Origin: a virus
Taxonomy: Duplodnaviria; Caudoviricetes
Virus record (IMG/VR): IMGVR_UViG_3300032223_000637
Coordinates: 1-54,163 of that record
Direction: 5' to 3' (one strand)
Length of the DNA stretch: 54,163 nt
Shown: positions 46,853 through 54,163 of the stretch, one piece after another
Position numbering within the stretch: the stretch's first letter is position 1
How the letters are laid out: each line of letters begins with the position of its first letter
Translations under genes and position numbers: made by a program
The notes under the pieces: generated by a model
What the model was told of the DNA's origin: nothing
Seen by the model: the letters and a program-made list of their open reading frames with translations, nothing else
Database searches by the model: none

Positions 46853-47863
46853 ATGACTCTGGTTGTTGATACATTTCGAACGCTAATCCCGCCACGTGCT
46901 AAATCGAGCCCATCTGGCTGGACTAGTTTCAATGCCCCGTGTTGCCATCATCGAGGACATAGTCAAGATAATCGTAAACGCGGCGGACTAAGGTTTGACC
47001 AAGGTATCGTTTATAATTGCTTCAATTGTAAATTCACAGCTAGTTGGTTACCAGGAAGACCATTATCCGGTAAATTCCAAAGCCTATGCCGTTGGATGGG
47101 CGCAAGCGACGACACAGTCAAGCAAATGGTCTTTGAAGCACTCAAGACCGAATCCCCAGAATATGAACATAAAGTAGAAGAGCCAAAGTTAACGTTTGAG
47201 CCAAAAGCCTTGCCGGAAGGTTCGCTGTCTCTAAAAGAGTGGGCAGGTATGGTAGACGACTTACCAGAAGAGTACAAAGAAAAATTCATAGGAGTTTTAG
47301 GATATATTGTTGATCGAGGATATGATCCTTATGATGGCAATTTCTATTGGAGTCCTGGTGACGGATACAGTGATCGGGTGCTAATACCGTTTACATATCA
47401 AGGTAAAATAGTAGGAAATACGGCACGTAAAATAACAGACGGACGCCCAAAATATCTATCAGATCAACATCCACATTTTGTGTTTAATGTTGACGCACAA
47501 TTAGAATCACACAAGTATGTATTTGTCACAGAAGGACCATTTGACGCCCTTGCGATCGGCGGGGTTGCACTTCTCACTAACGATGTTGCCGAACAACAAG
47601 AACGAATAATTAATAGTCTAGGCAGTGAAGTTATTGTGATACCAGATCAAGACGAAGCAGGCCTAGTGCTAATTAAACGAGCAATTGAGTGTGATTGGGC
47701 TGTGGCATTTCCAAATTGGGATAGTGATGTAAAGGACGTTGCTGATGCTGTACAGCGATATGGACGATTGTTTGTAACAGTAGATGCTATCAAGACAGCA
47801 CAGAAAGGTGAGATCAAACTTACTATGGCTTTAAAGCAATTAGAACAGAGATTGAAACGATGA
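46853..47863 (+). CDS. gp61: DNA primase (gp61-like)
   Basis: Zn-binding CC...YNCFNC, R.LIPF...G.TAR, PKY, TOPRIM VTEGPFDA and PDQDEAG, KDV. Confidence 0.88.
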   Translation: MTLVVDTFRTLIPPRAKSSPSGWTSFNAPCCHHRGHSQDNRKRGGLRFDQGIVYNCFNCKFTASWLPGRPLSGKFQSLCRWMGASDDTVKQMVFEALKTESPEYEHKVEEPKLTFEPKALPEGSLSLKEWAGMVDDLPEEYKEKFIGVLGYIVDRGYDPYDGNFYWSPGDGYSDRVLIPFTYQGKIVGNTARKITDGRPKYLSDQHPHFVFNVDAQLESHKYVFVTEGPFDALAIGGVALLTNDVAEQQERIINSLGSEVIVIPDQDEAGLVLIKRAIECDWAVAFPNWDSDVKDVADAVQRYGRLFVTVDAIKTAQKGEIKLTMALKQLEQRLKR

Positions 47864-47964
47864 TTAAAAAACTTCTAGCATTAATTAAAAATTATAGAGA
47901 GGAAAGGGCTTTTAAAAAGAAGCTGGCAGAAATGCGTAAACGTGACCCTTTCATTTACAAATGA
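47860..47964 (+). CDS. 34-aa basic peptide
   Basis: MIKKLLALIKNYREERAFKKKLAEMRKRDPFIYK; ATGA overlaps at both ends; below the ORF-track cutoff. Confidence 0.65.
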   Translation: MIKKLLALIKNYREERAFKKKLAEMRKRDPFIYK

Positions 47965-49430
47965 TTACCTGGGGCGTATCAGCAGGAGCCCATAATGCTG
48001 CCCTTGCCGTATTCAAAGACGATGAGTTGGTATTTGCCAGTTCGTCAGAAAGATTTAGTAAAATTAAAAATGATCCAGACCTGTGTCACGAACTAGTTAA
48101 TCACGCAATTAACTTACACGGTCGACCAAATGAAGTATGCTGGTATGAGCGTCCGGTAAAAAAAGCCTTTAGAAAACTATTTGCAAAACAAGGTTGGCAA
48201 TTAGAAAATCTAAAAATGTATATGAATAGGTTTGCTGTAACTGCACCTATTAAAACCTGCGATCATCATCTCAGTCACGCTGCTGGCGGTTTCTACACAA
48301 GTCCATTTGAAGAAGCCTGCGTATTAGTAATTGATGCCATTGGTGAATTTAAAACCTGCAGTATATGGTCAGCTAGAAAGGATAAACTGACCTACATCTC
48401 TGGGTTAGATTATCCAACTAGTGCTGGATTGTTTTATTCAGCAATGACACAACGAGTAGGTCTTAAACCTATTGAAGAAGAATATATCCTTATGGGTATG
48501 GCAGCATATGGCAATGCTAATCGTTTATCTAGGGATATGCTGACAGATTTTATCTCATTCCCAAATGACGATTATCAAAATCCTTTTCGTCTTAAACAAA
48601 ATCTCCATAGGGGATGTGACTGGTGGCGGCCTGAATTGAATACGCAACAAGACTTTTACGATATTGCCGCTGCCACCCAATCTATCTACGAGATGATGTT
48701 TGAAAGAACTTTATATAAAGCAATGGATTCTGTTGGCAGTGAAAATCTAGTGTTAATGGGAGGGTGTGCATTAAACTGTGCTGCCAACTCAATAGCCTAC
48801 AAGTATTTCAAGAACGTATGGATTATGCCGGCACCAGGAGATGATGGTTCGGCTATCGGTGCGGTATTAGCACACAAAAAGAAGCATATCAATTGGACTG
48901 GTCCTTATCTAGGCTATGACATAAAGCCAACAGCAACTAACGAAGAAATTGTCGAGTATCTATTAGAAAATAAGATCTGCGGAGTTGCACGTGGCCCTGC
49001 AGAGTTTGGTCCACGAGCCTTAGGTAATCGTAGTTTGTTGGCGGATCCTAGAGATTTGACTATAAAGAAAGAAGTCAACAAAATAAAACAACGCCAACAG
49101 TTTAGACCATTTGCTCCGGCAGTGTTAGAAGAGTTTGCCAATGATCATTTTGATATGCCAACTAACTCAACCCCATATATGCAATATGCTGTGAAGTGTA
49201 AAACACCTAAAACATATCCAGCTATTGTACACGAAGACGGGACCAGTAGAGTTCAGACAGTGCCCGATGATGGATCACCTTTTAGAATGTTGTTAGAAGA
49301 ATGGTATCAGAAATCTGGTTCTCCTATGTTGTTGAATACCAGCCTTAACATCAAAGGACAACCTATGGTAAATGATGCTGCTGATTCTCGCAATTTTGAA
49401 AGCCTATATGGTGTTAAAGTGTTTAACTAG
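47961..49430 (+). CDS. Carbamoyltransferase (CmcH/NodU/TobZ family)
   Basis: ERFS.IKND, HHLSHAA, VIDAIGE, EYILMGMAAYG, GGCALNC, EFGPRALGNRSLLADP, FRPFAP, VHEDGTSRVQ, LLNTSLN. Confidence 0.95.
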   Translation: MITWGVSAGAHNAALAVFKDDELVFASSSERFSKIKNDPDLCHELVNHAINLHGRPNEVCWYERPVKKAFRKLFAKQGWQLENLKMYMNRFAVTAPIKTCDHHLSHAAGGFYTSPFEEACVLVIDAIGEFKTCSIWSARKDKLTYISGLDYPTSAGLFYSAMTQRVGLKPIEEEYILMGMAAYGNANRLSRDMLTDFISFPNDDYQNPFRLKQNLHRGCDWWRPELNTQQDFYDIAAATQSIYEMMFERTLYKAMDSVGSENLVLMGGCALNCAANSIAYKYFKNVWIMPAPGDDGSAIGAVLAHKKKHINWTGPYLGYDIKPTATNEEIVEYLLENKICGVARGPAEFGPRALGNRSLLADPRDLTIKKEVNKIKQRQQFRPFAPAVLEEFANDHFDMPTNSTPYMQYAVKCKTPKTYPAIVHEDGTSRVQTVPDDGSPFRMLLEEWYQKSGSPMLLNTSLNIKGQPMVNDAADSRNFESLYGVKVFN

Positions 49431-49434
49431 AGTG

Positions 49435-49440
49435 TATAAT
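49435..49440 (+). promoter_or_regulatory. -10 box TATAAT ahead of the helicase
   Basis: TATAAT-taaagt-ATG(49447); no good -35 element. Confidence 0.5.
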
Positions 49441-49446
49441 TAAAGT

Positions 49447-50862
49447 ATGATTAAAGATTACGGAATAGAAGTACAGAAGTTATATCTAGAAATTATGTTA
49501 TCAGATGCTGAAACGTTTGTGCGTTGTCAAGGCATCTTTGACCATACTTTGTTTGATCGTAAACTTCAAGATGCAGCAGAGTTTATGAACACCTATGCCA
49601 GAGAGTATAATGTGTTGCCAGACTACAATATGGTTAATGCTAGTTGTAGAACAGATCTAGTGAAACCAGAAGACCTTAAAGATGGCCATATGGATTGGTT
49701 TATGGACGAGTTCGAACAGTTCACTCGTCACAAAGCATTGGAACGTGCGATTATTAATTCAGCAGACCTGTTAGAAAAACACGACTACGGTGCTGTTGAA
49801 GTTATGGTCAAAGAAGCAGTACAGATCGGTCTTGCCAAGGATATGGGCACAGATTACTTTGCTGATCCACGCAGTCGATTGATGAAGATCAAGGACAAGA
49901 ACGGACAAGTAAGTACTGGTTGGCCGACATTAGACAAACGTTTGTTTGGTGGTATGAACCGCGGAGAGTTGAATATCTTTGCAGGTGGTTCAGGAGCAGG
50001 TAAGTCGCTATTCTTAGCGAACCTAGGAGTGAATTGGGCACTACAGGGGTTGAACGTAGTTTACCTTACATTGGAACTTTCTGAAGAGTTAGTGTCAATG
50101 CGTATCGATGCAATGCTAACAGGCATTCCAACAAAAGAGATTTTCAAAGACTTAGATGATGTTGAGATGAAAGTTAGAATCATCGGTAAGAAATCTGGTG
50201 CAATGCAGATCAAGTATATGCCGTCTGGGAAAACCGCAAATGATCTAAGAGCGTATTTGAAAGAGTTTGAAATTAAAACTGGACGCAAAGTTGATGTGTT
50301 GTTAGTTGACTATTTAGACTTGTTGATGCCTGTGAGCAAGAAGATTAGCCCGGCAGACTTGTTTATCAAAGACAAGTATGTATCAGAAGAACTGCGTAAC
50401 CTAGCAGTTGAAAAGAACTGTGTGTTTGTCACAGCGGCACAGTTAAATCGTGGGGCTGTTGAAGAAGTTGAATTTGATCACAGTCATATTTCAGGCGGTT
50501 TGTCAAAGATTCAAACAGCAGATAACGTGTTTGGTATCTTTACATCACGAGCAATGCGTGAACGTGGACGCTATCAAATTCAGTTAATGAAAACTCGTTC
50601 ATCAAGCGGTGTTGGTATGAAAGTTGATTTAGAGTTTAATCTAGAAAGCCTTAAGATCACAGACCTGCCAGAAGATGAACAAGAAAGCAATGGTGCAACA
50701 TCTAGAGGTGCTAGTTCAATTATTGACAGCATCAAACGTAAAACAGAAATCACACAGCGTGAAGAACCCACAGATGGTGCTCCTGTTGGCAAAGTACGTG
50801 CTACCGTAGAATCCACAAAACTACGTGAAATTTTAAACAGTATGGGCGGAGATGAAGAGTAG
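49447..50862 (+). CDS. gp41: Replicative DnaB-like helicase
   Basis: STGW..LD..L.GG, GGSGAGKS, TLELSE, VDYLDL, AAQLNR, MKTR. Confidence 0.93.
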   Translation: MIKDYGIEVQKLYLEIMLSDAETFVRCQGIFDHTLFDRKLQDAAEFMNTYAREYNVLPDYNMVNASCRTDLVKPEDLKDGHMDWFMDEFEQFTRHKALERAIINSADLLEKHDYGAVEVMVKEAVQIGLAKDMGTDYFADPRSRLMKIKDKNGQVSTGWPTLDKRLFGGMNRGELNIFAGGSGAGKSLFLANLGVNWALQGLNVVYLTLELSEELVSMRIDAMLTGIPTKEIFKDLDDVEMKVRIIGKKSGAMQIKYMPSGKTANDLRAYLKEFEIKTGRKVDVLLVDYLDLLMPVSKKISPADLFIKDKYVSEELRNLAVEKNCVFVTAAQLNRGAVEEVEFDHSHISGGLSKIQTADNVFGIFTSRAMRERGRYQIQLMKTRSSSGVGMKVDLEFNLESLKITDLPEDEQESNGATSRGASSIIDSIKRKTEITQREEPTDGAPVGKVRATVESTKLREILNSMGGDEE

Positions 50863-51112
50863 AAGTTTTACAGTTTTAGAGTGGTTTACCGAACATCCAA
50901 ACAGTATTTTACACCCAGATGCGTTAGATATAGATTGGCCCAAGGTACAACGTGAAGCAGGGCCAGAGCATATCAAATGGTTAATGAAGCAGGATAAAAC
51001 CCGCTGTCAAATGATCTTAGAAAAAGATCAAAAGCAAGGTAAAAGCCGATTAGTAGCGGAATTTTACGATGAAGGACTTGCTGTTGACTACGTGCTGCTT
51101 TGGGCTAAATAA
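50852..51112 (+). CDS. Hypothetical protein
   Basis: 86 aa, overlapping the helicase stop. Confidence 0.6.
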   Translation: MKSRSFTVLEWFTEHPNSILHPDALDIDWPKVQREAGPEHIKWLMKQDKTRCQMILEKDQKQGKSRLVAEFYDEGLAVDYVLLWAK

Positions 51113-51116
51113 CAGT

Positions 51117-51485
51117 ATGAAAATATCTGAAATACTCGTTGAGGGCGGAAAAAGCAAACTAAGCGATCCGGCCCAGGCTGCACTAAAAGGTGCAATGACC
51201 ACCCCAGATGCTAACAACAATGCAGGTGATGCCTACAAAAGCTATCGCTTTGGTATTGCACTAGCAGGTGCTCCAGAATACCCAACTAAAGCTACCAACG
51301 ATATCGGCGGAGATCCTTTAATCACTCTCTACACCGACGAAGAGTTTGAGATGGTACAGTATGCTGCCAAACAATCAAATGTTGGCAAGATCAAGCGCCT
51401 AACTTCGATGAGATCCGAAGAAAAGAAAGATACCTATAAAACCAGCCCAGTGGCAAAACCCAAGAAAAACCGCTTCGGAGTTTAA
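51117..51485 (+). CDS. Hypothetical late protein (MKISEILVE start)
   Basis: ATG 51117 lies 5 nt after TAAATA(51106-51111). Confidence 0.7.
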   Translation: MKISEILVEGGKSKLSDPAQAALKGAMTTPDANNNAGDAYKSYRFGIALAGAPEYPTKATNDIGGDPLITLYTDEEFEMVQYAAKQSNVGKIKRLTSMRSEEKKDTYKTSPVAKPKKNRFGV

Positions 51486-51486
51486 G

Positions 51487-52191
51487 ATGTGGTTGCGTGA
51501 ATTTGCTCCCAGTTATTTCGTTACAGTAAACAGAGACCTAAATCCCAAGATTTGGCAGGGTACTGAGCTTGATCCCACAGTAGCACACAAGCTGAAGATG
51601 ATCGCTGAAAAGTTTCAAGAATTCCTTGGTGTGGACCTTGATGTCATAGACTATACAATCACAGGTTCCAATGCTAACTACACCTGGACTAAGTTTTCAG
51701 ATCTAGACCTACACATATTGGTCAACGGTGAGATCACTGATGCACAACGTGAACTGTTCAATGCCAAAAAGGCACTCTGGGCAGAACATCACAATATCAC
51801 TATCAAAGGCATACCTGTTGAGTGTTATGTACAGGGATCAGCTGAGCCACATCATTCAACAGGTGTGTATTCAGTGGCTAAAAACAAGTGGCTAGAGCAG
51901 CCTAAAAAATCTAAACCCAGCGTTGATGATGCTGTGGTCAAAGCCAAGATGGACAGCCTAGTACACGATGTAGCAGCAGCAATGGCTTCAGGCAGCATCA
52001 AGAAAATCGAAACAGTCAAAGAGCGTATTACCAATATGCGCAAGTCAGGACTGGAACGTGCTGGTGAATGGTCAGTGGAAAACCTAGTATTCAAAGGTCT
52101 ACGCAACCTAGGTATCATCGACGAGTTGTCGGAGAAAATCCGCGAATTGGAAGACCGAGAACTAAGTCTGGAAAGCCGAAATTTGACATAG
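51487..52191 (+). CDS. Pol-beta-superfamily nucleotidyltransferase-like protein
   Basis: hG[GS]x9-13DhD signature: ITGSNANYTWTKFSDLDLHI; third carboxylate in PVECY. Confidence 0.7.
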   Translation: MWLREFAPSYFVTVNRDLNPKIWQGTELDPTVAHKLKMIAEKFQEFLGVDLDVIDYTITGSNANYTWTKFSDLDLHILVNGEITDAQRELFNAKKALWAEHHNITIKGIPVECYVQGSAEPHHSTGVYSVAKNKWLEQPKKSKPSVDDAVVKAKMDSLVHDVAAAMASGSIKKIETVKERITNMRKSGLERAGEWSVENLVFKGLRNLGIIDELSEKIRELEDRELSLESRNLT

Positions 52192-52234
52192 TCGATAAAT
52201 ACGCATATAATTAATTTACTATGCGAGCACGACT

Positions 52235-52681
52235 ATGTTACACATCATCAACAATCTAGAAGACAATTTCCTAAAACTAATCAAAGACGATCCTGTTCGT
52301 CCTGAGATTCCTGTTGAACAGCGAGTCAATGACAACAGCCGAATCTTCGTGCTCAAAGATGACAACGGCGAACCTCTAGCAGTGACCTGTGTGAAGTTTC
52401 TAGCAGGCATTCCCGCTTCAGTAAACGACCTTGCAGACACAGTGGTCAACACCAATACCGCAGTGTTCTACACTATTTGGAGTTATGCTGCTGGTGCTGG
52501 TAAACGCCTAATTGAAGAAGCACAACAGCAGATCCAAACTGAACAGCCAGAAGTCAAGACCTATGTAACACTGTCGCCAAAGACTGAAATGGCTCGACGT
52601 TTCCACCACAAAAACGGTGCTGTGACCTATCGCGAAAACGCAGACACTGTGAACTATCTCTACGGCCATAATCATCAGTAA
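52235..52681 (+). CDS. GNAT-like hypothetical protein
   Basis: FYTIWSY..GAGKRLI...TLSP...ARRFHHKNGA resembles GNAT motifs A/B. Confidence 0.5.
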   Translation: MLHIINNLEDNFLKLIKDDPVRPEIPVEQRVNDNSRIFVLKDDNGEPLAVTCVKFLAGIPASVNDLADTVVNTNTAVFYTIWSYAAGAGKRLIEEAQQQIQTEQPEVKTYVTLSPKTEMARRFHHKNGAVTYRENADTVNYLYGHNHQ

Positions 52682-52711
52682 TTGTGTTTTTCATAGTATA
52701 AGTAATGTACT

Positions 52712-52960
52712 ATGTTAATAAGACAATTTCGTAAATGGTGGGCCGCCCAGGATCACCAATGGGACAGCCCGTTCATCGATGGCTATACCGCTGATCAATA
52801 CACAGACCTACGTGTTCGTGAACAGATCACACGTGAGTATCAGGCACGTTACTGCTCGGGACCTACACCATTTACACACCCTGAACAGTTTGATCCCTTG
52901 AACCCTCCCTTGGGCTACAAGTACGATCCCTACTATGAACTTTGGATAAAAACACCGTGA
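52712..52960 (+). CDS. Hypothetical protein
   Basis: 82 aa; TAAGTA 7 nt upstream. Confidence 0.55.
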   Translation: MLIRQFRKWWAAQDHQWDSPFIDGYTADQYTDLRVREQITREYQARYCSGPTPFTHPEQFDPLNPPLGYKYDPYYELWIKTP

Positions 52961-53136
52961 CAGAGACACATCAAAGAACCATCGCTCGTGCGATCAGCTA
53001 TAGAATCATAGCACTGTTGATCACTGCCTTATGGACAGGCTTCAGTGATGCTGTGATCATACACATCATACTAACAGCCATACACTACGGCCACGAGCGC
53101 CTATGGATGCGAATTAATTGGGGACGTACACAATGA
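52957..53136 (+). CDS. DUF2061-like small membrane protein
   Basis: ETHQRTIARAISYRIIA...YGHERLW.RI.WG; GTGA overlap. Confidence 0.7.
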   Translation: MTETHQRTIARAISYRIIALLITALWTGFSDAVIIHIILTAIHYGHERLWMRINWGRTQ

Positions 53137-53483
53137 CCTTAGAACAGATCGTATTAGCAGTAGGAGTTTGGGCAGTACTTATGGTAATCTGCTATACACA
53201 CAGTGGTTGGCAGAATATGCGTGACTGCTATGGTATGTGGTTTACACGGGAATATTGGACCAACTACAACACCGTGGAGTTTGTCAGCTGGGTAGCCAAG
53301 GCCATTATCATCATTCCGGGCTTGATCTTTGGCATACAGATTTGGCAGCTATACTATCTAACACTGTTGACCAGCGTTACTTTAATCTGGGCCAGCCGCA
53401 AGAAAGCCTTGCCTACACTAGTGGGATTTAACACTATGTGGGCCTGGTTGAGCTTGATGGTCTTGGCGCAGCATTGGTTGTGA
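53133..53483 (+). CDS. Multi-pass membrane protein
   Basis: Three to four hydrophobic segments; ATGA overlap. Confidence 0.7.
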   Translation: MTLEQIVLAVGVWAVLMVICYTHSGWQNMRDCYGMWFTREYWTNYNTVEFVSWVAKAIIIIPGLIFGIQIWQLYYLTLLTSVTLIWASRKKALPTLVGFNTMWAWLSLMVLAQHWL

Positions 53484-53487
53484 TGCA

Positions 53488-53540
53488 GGCGAAGCCGGAG
53501 CGCGATTTTTCCACGCGAAGCGTTAAGCGCAGATTTTTTA
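53488..53540. repeat. Two degenerate tandem units, each with a GCGAAGC mini-hairpin
   Basis: ggcGAAgcc-ggagcgcgattttt / acgcGAAgcgt-taagcgcagattttt. Confidence 0.7.
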
Positions 53541-53562
53541 AAGAGAGTTATACTAGCATATT

Positions 53563-54156
53563 ATGAACATATATACCCTAGAAGACATCAAAGTCATCGA
53601 CACTTTTATCCCCGAGCACTATCAACGTAGTCTCAACGGTTTTTTACTGAGCCCCGAGTTTCCACTATACCGAAACAACGGGACAGCCTACGATCGTGTA
53701 GAACGTGTGACCGCAGATATGCCCGTGTACTTAGATTCAAAGACACGCGAGCATACGCAGTACGTACACAGTTTCGCAGCACGTGGAGAAATAGACAGCC
53801 AATTCTGGCCAAGAGTAGCACCCTTGTTCTTCGAACTAGAACGCAGACTCGGTAGAGAATGCCGTATACTACGCTGTAAGCTAAACCTCAATACACAAGA
53901 TCGCGAATTCGCTGAAGATGAACACTATCCCGCACACATTGATGTAGCACAGAAAGACTGTGTGACTGCTATCTACTATGTCACAGATTCAGACGGTGAT
54001 ACCATATTCTACAACGATGATATGACTGAAATGACTCGTGTAACTCCCAAGCAGGGACAGTTAGTATACTTTCCTTGTAGAGTTCGTCACGCTGGACAGC
54101 CACCTAGAAACACACAGTATCGTATGGTAATCAACTTTAACGTCAAGCTGGTATAA
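53563..54156 (+). CDS. 2OG-Fe(II) oxygenase-like protein
   Basis: R.KLN, PAHID (HxD), TAIYYV.DSDG.T, H.G..P....R.VINFN. Confidence 0.8.
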   Translation: MNIYTLEDIKVIDTFIPEHYQRSLNGFLLSPEFPLYRNNGTAYDRVERVTADMPVYLDSKTREHTQYVHSFAARGEIDSQFWPRVAPLFFELERRLGRECRILRCKLNLNTQDREFAEDEHYPAHIDVAQKDCVTAIYYVTDSDGDTIFYNDDMTEMTRVTPKQGQLVYFPCRVRHAGQPPRNTQYRMVINFNVKLV

Positions 54157-54159
54157 ATA
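54152..54159 (+). promoter_or_regulatory. T4-type late promoter TATAAATA
   Basis: Exact match at the window end; downstream gene not visible. Confidence 0.55.
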
Positions 54160-54163
54160 CAAC

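Noticed and set aside
1648-53891. Many short antisense or alternate-frame ORFs nested in long genes
   Set aside because: They overlap well-supported genes and lack motifs or start signals; only 30113..30433 was kept as a finding
1-54163. tRNA, rRNA, CRISPR array or alternative genetic code
   Set aside because: No cloverleaf or repeat-spacer pattern seen; intergenic gaps are short; genes are intact in the standard code and TAA, TGA and TAG all act as stops

Overview
A 54 kb stretch of a large T4-like (contractile-tail) dsDNA phage genome with no bacterial housekeeping content. From left to right it holds: (1) three tandem flavin-dependent tryptophan-halogenase-like genes (the first cut by the window edge and absent from the ORF track) and three 2OG-Fe(II) oxygenases; (2) a fibre-like gene and a 2024-aa Thr/Ser/Gly-rich virion protein; (3) a rearranged morphogenesis block (gp15/gp14 divergent from gp13, dNMP kinase, 1131-aa sheath, tube, gp4-like, terminase subunits, probable internal head proteins); (4) gp32/UvsX/UvsY; (5) an 8-gene glycan-synthesis operon; (6) UvsW, a gp62-like gene, a 192-aa mini-DnaE, primase, carbamoyltransferase and gp41 helicase; (7) small accessory genes. 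The most notable signals are two phycobiliprotein-like domains with the bilin-attachment KCxRD motif in the giant virion protein, a DnaE reduced to its catalytic motifs, promoter-to-ATG spacing that implies widespread leaderless mRNAs, apparent absence of CATG, and a tandem GCGAAGC mini-hairpin element. All calls are by-eye motif recognition; no database search was run and the host cannot be determined from this window.
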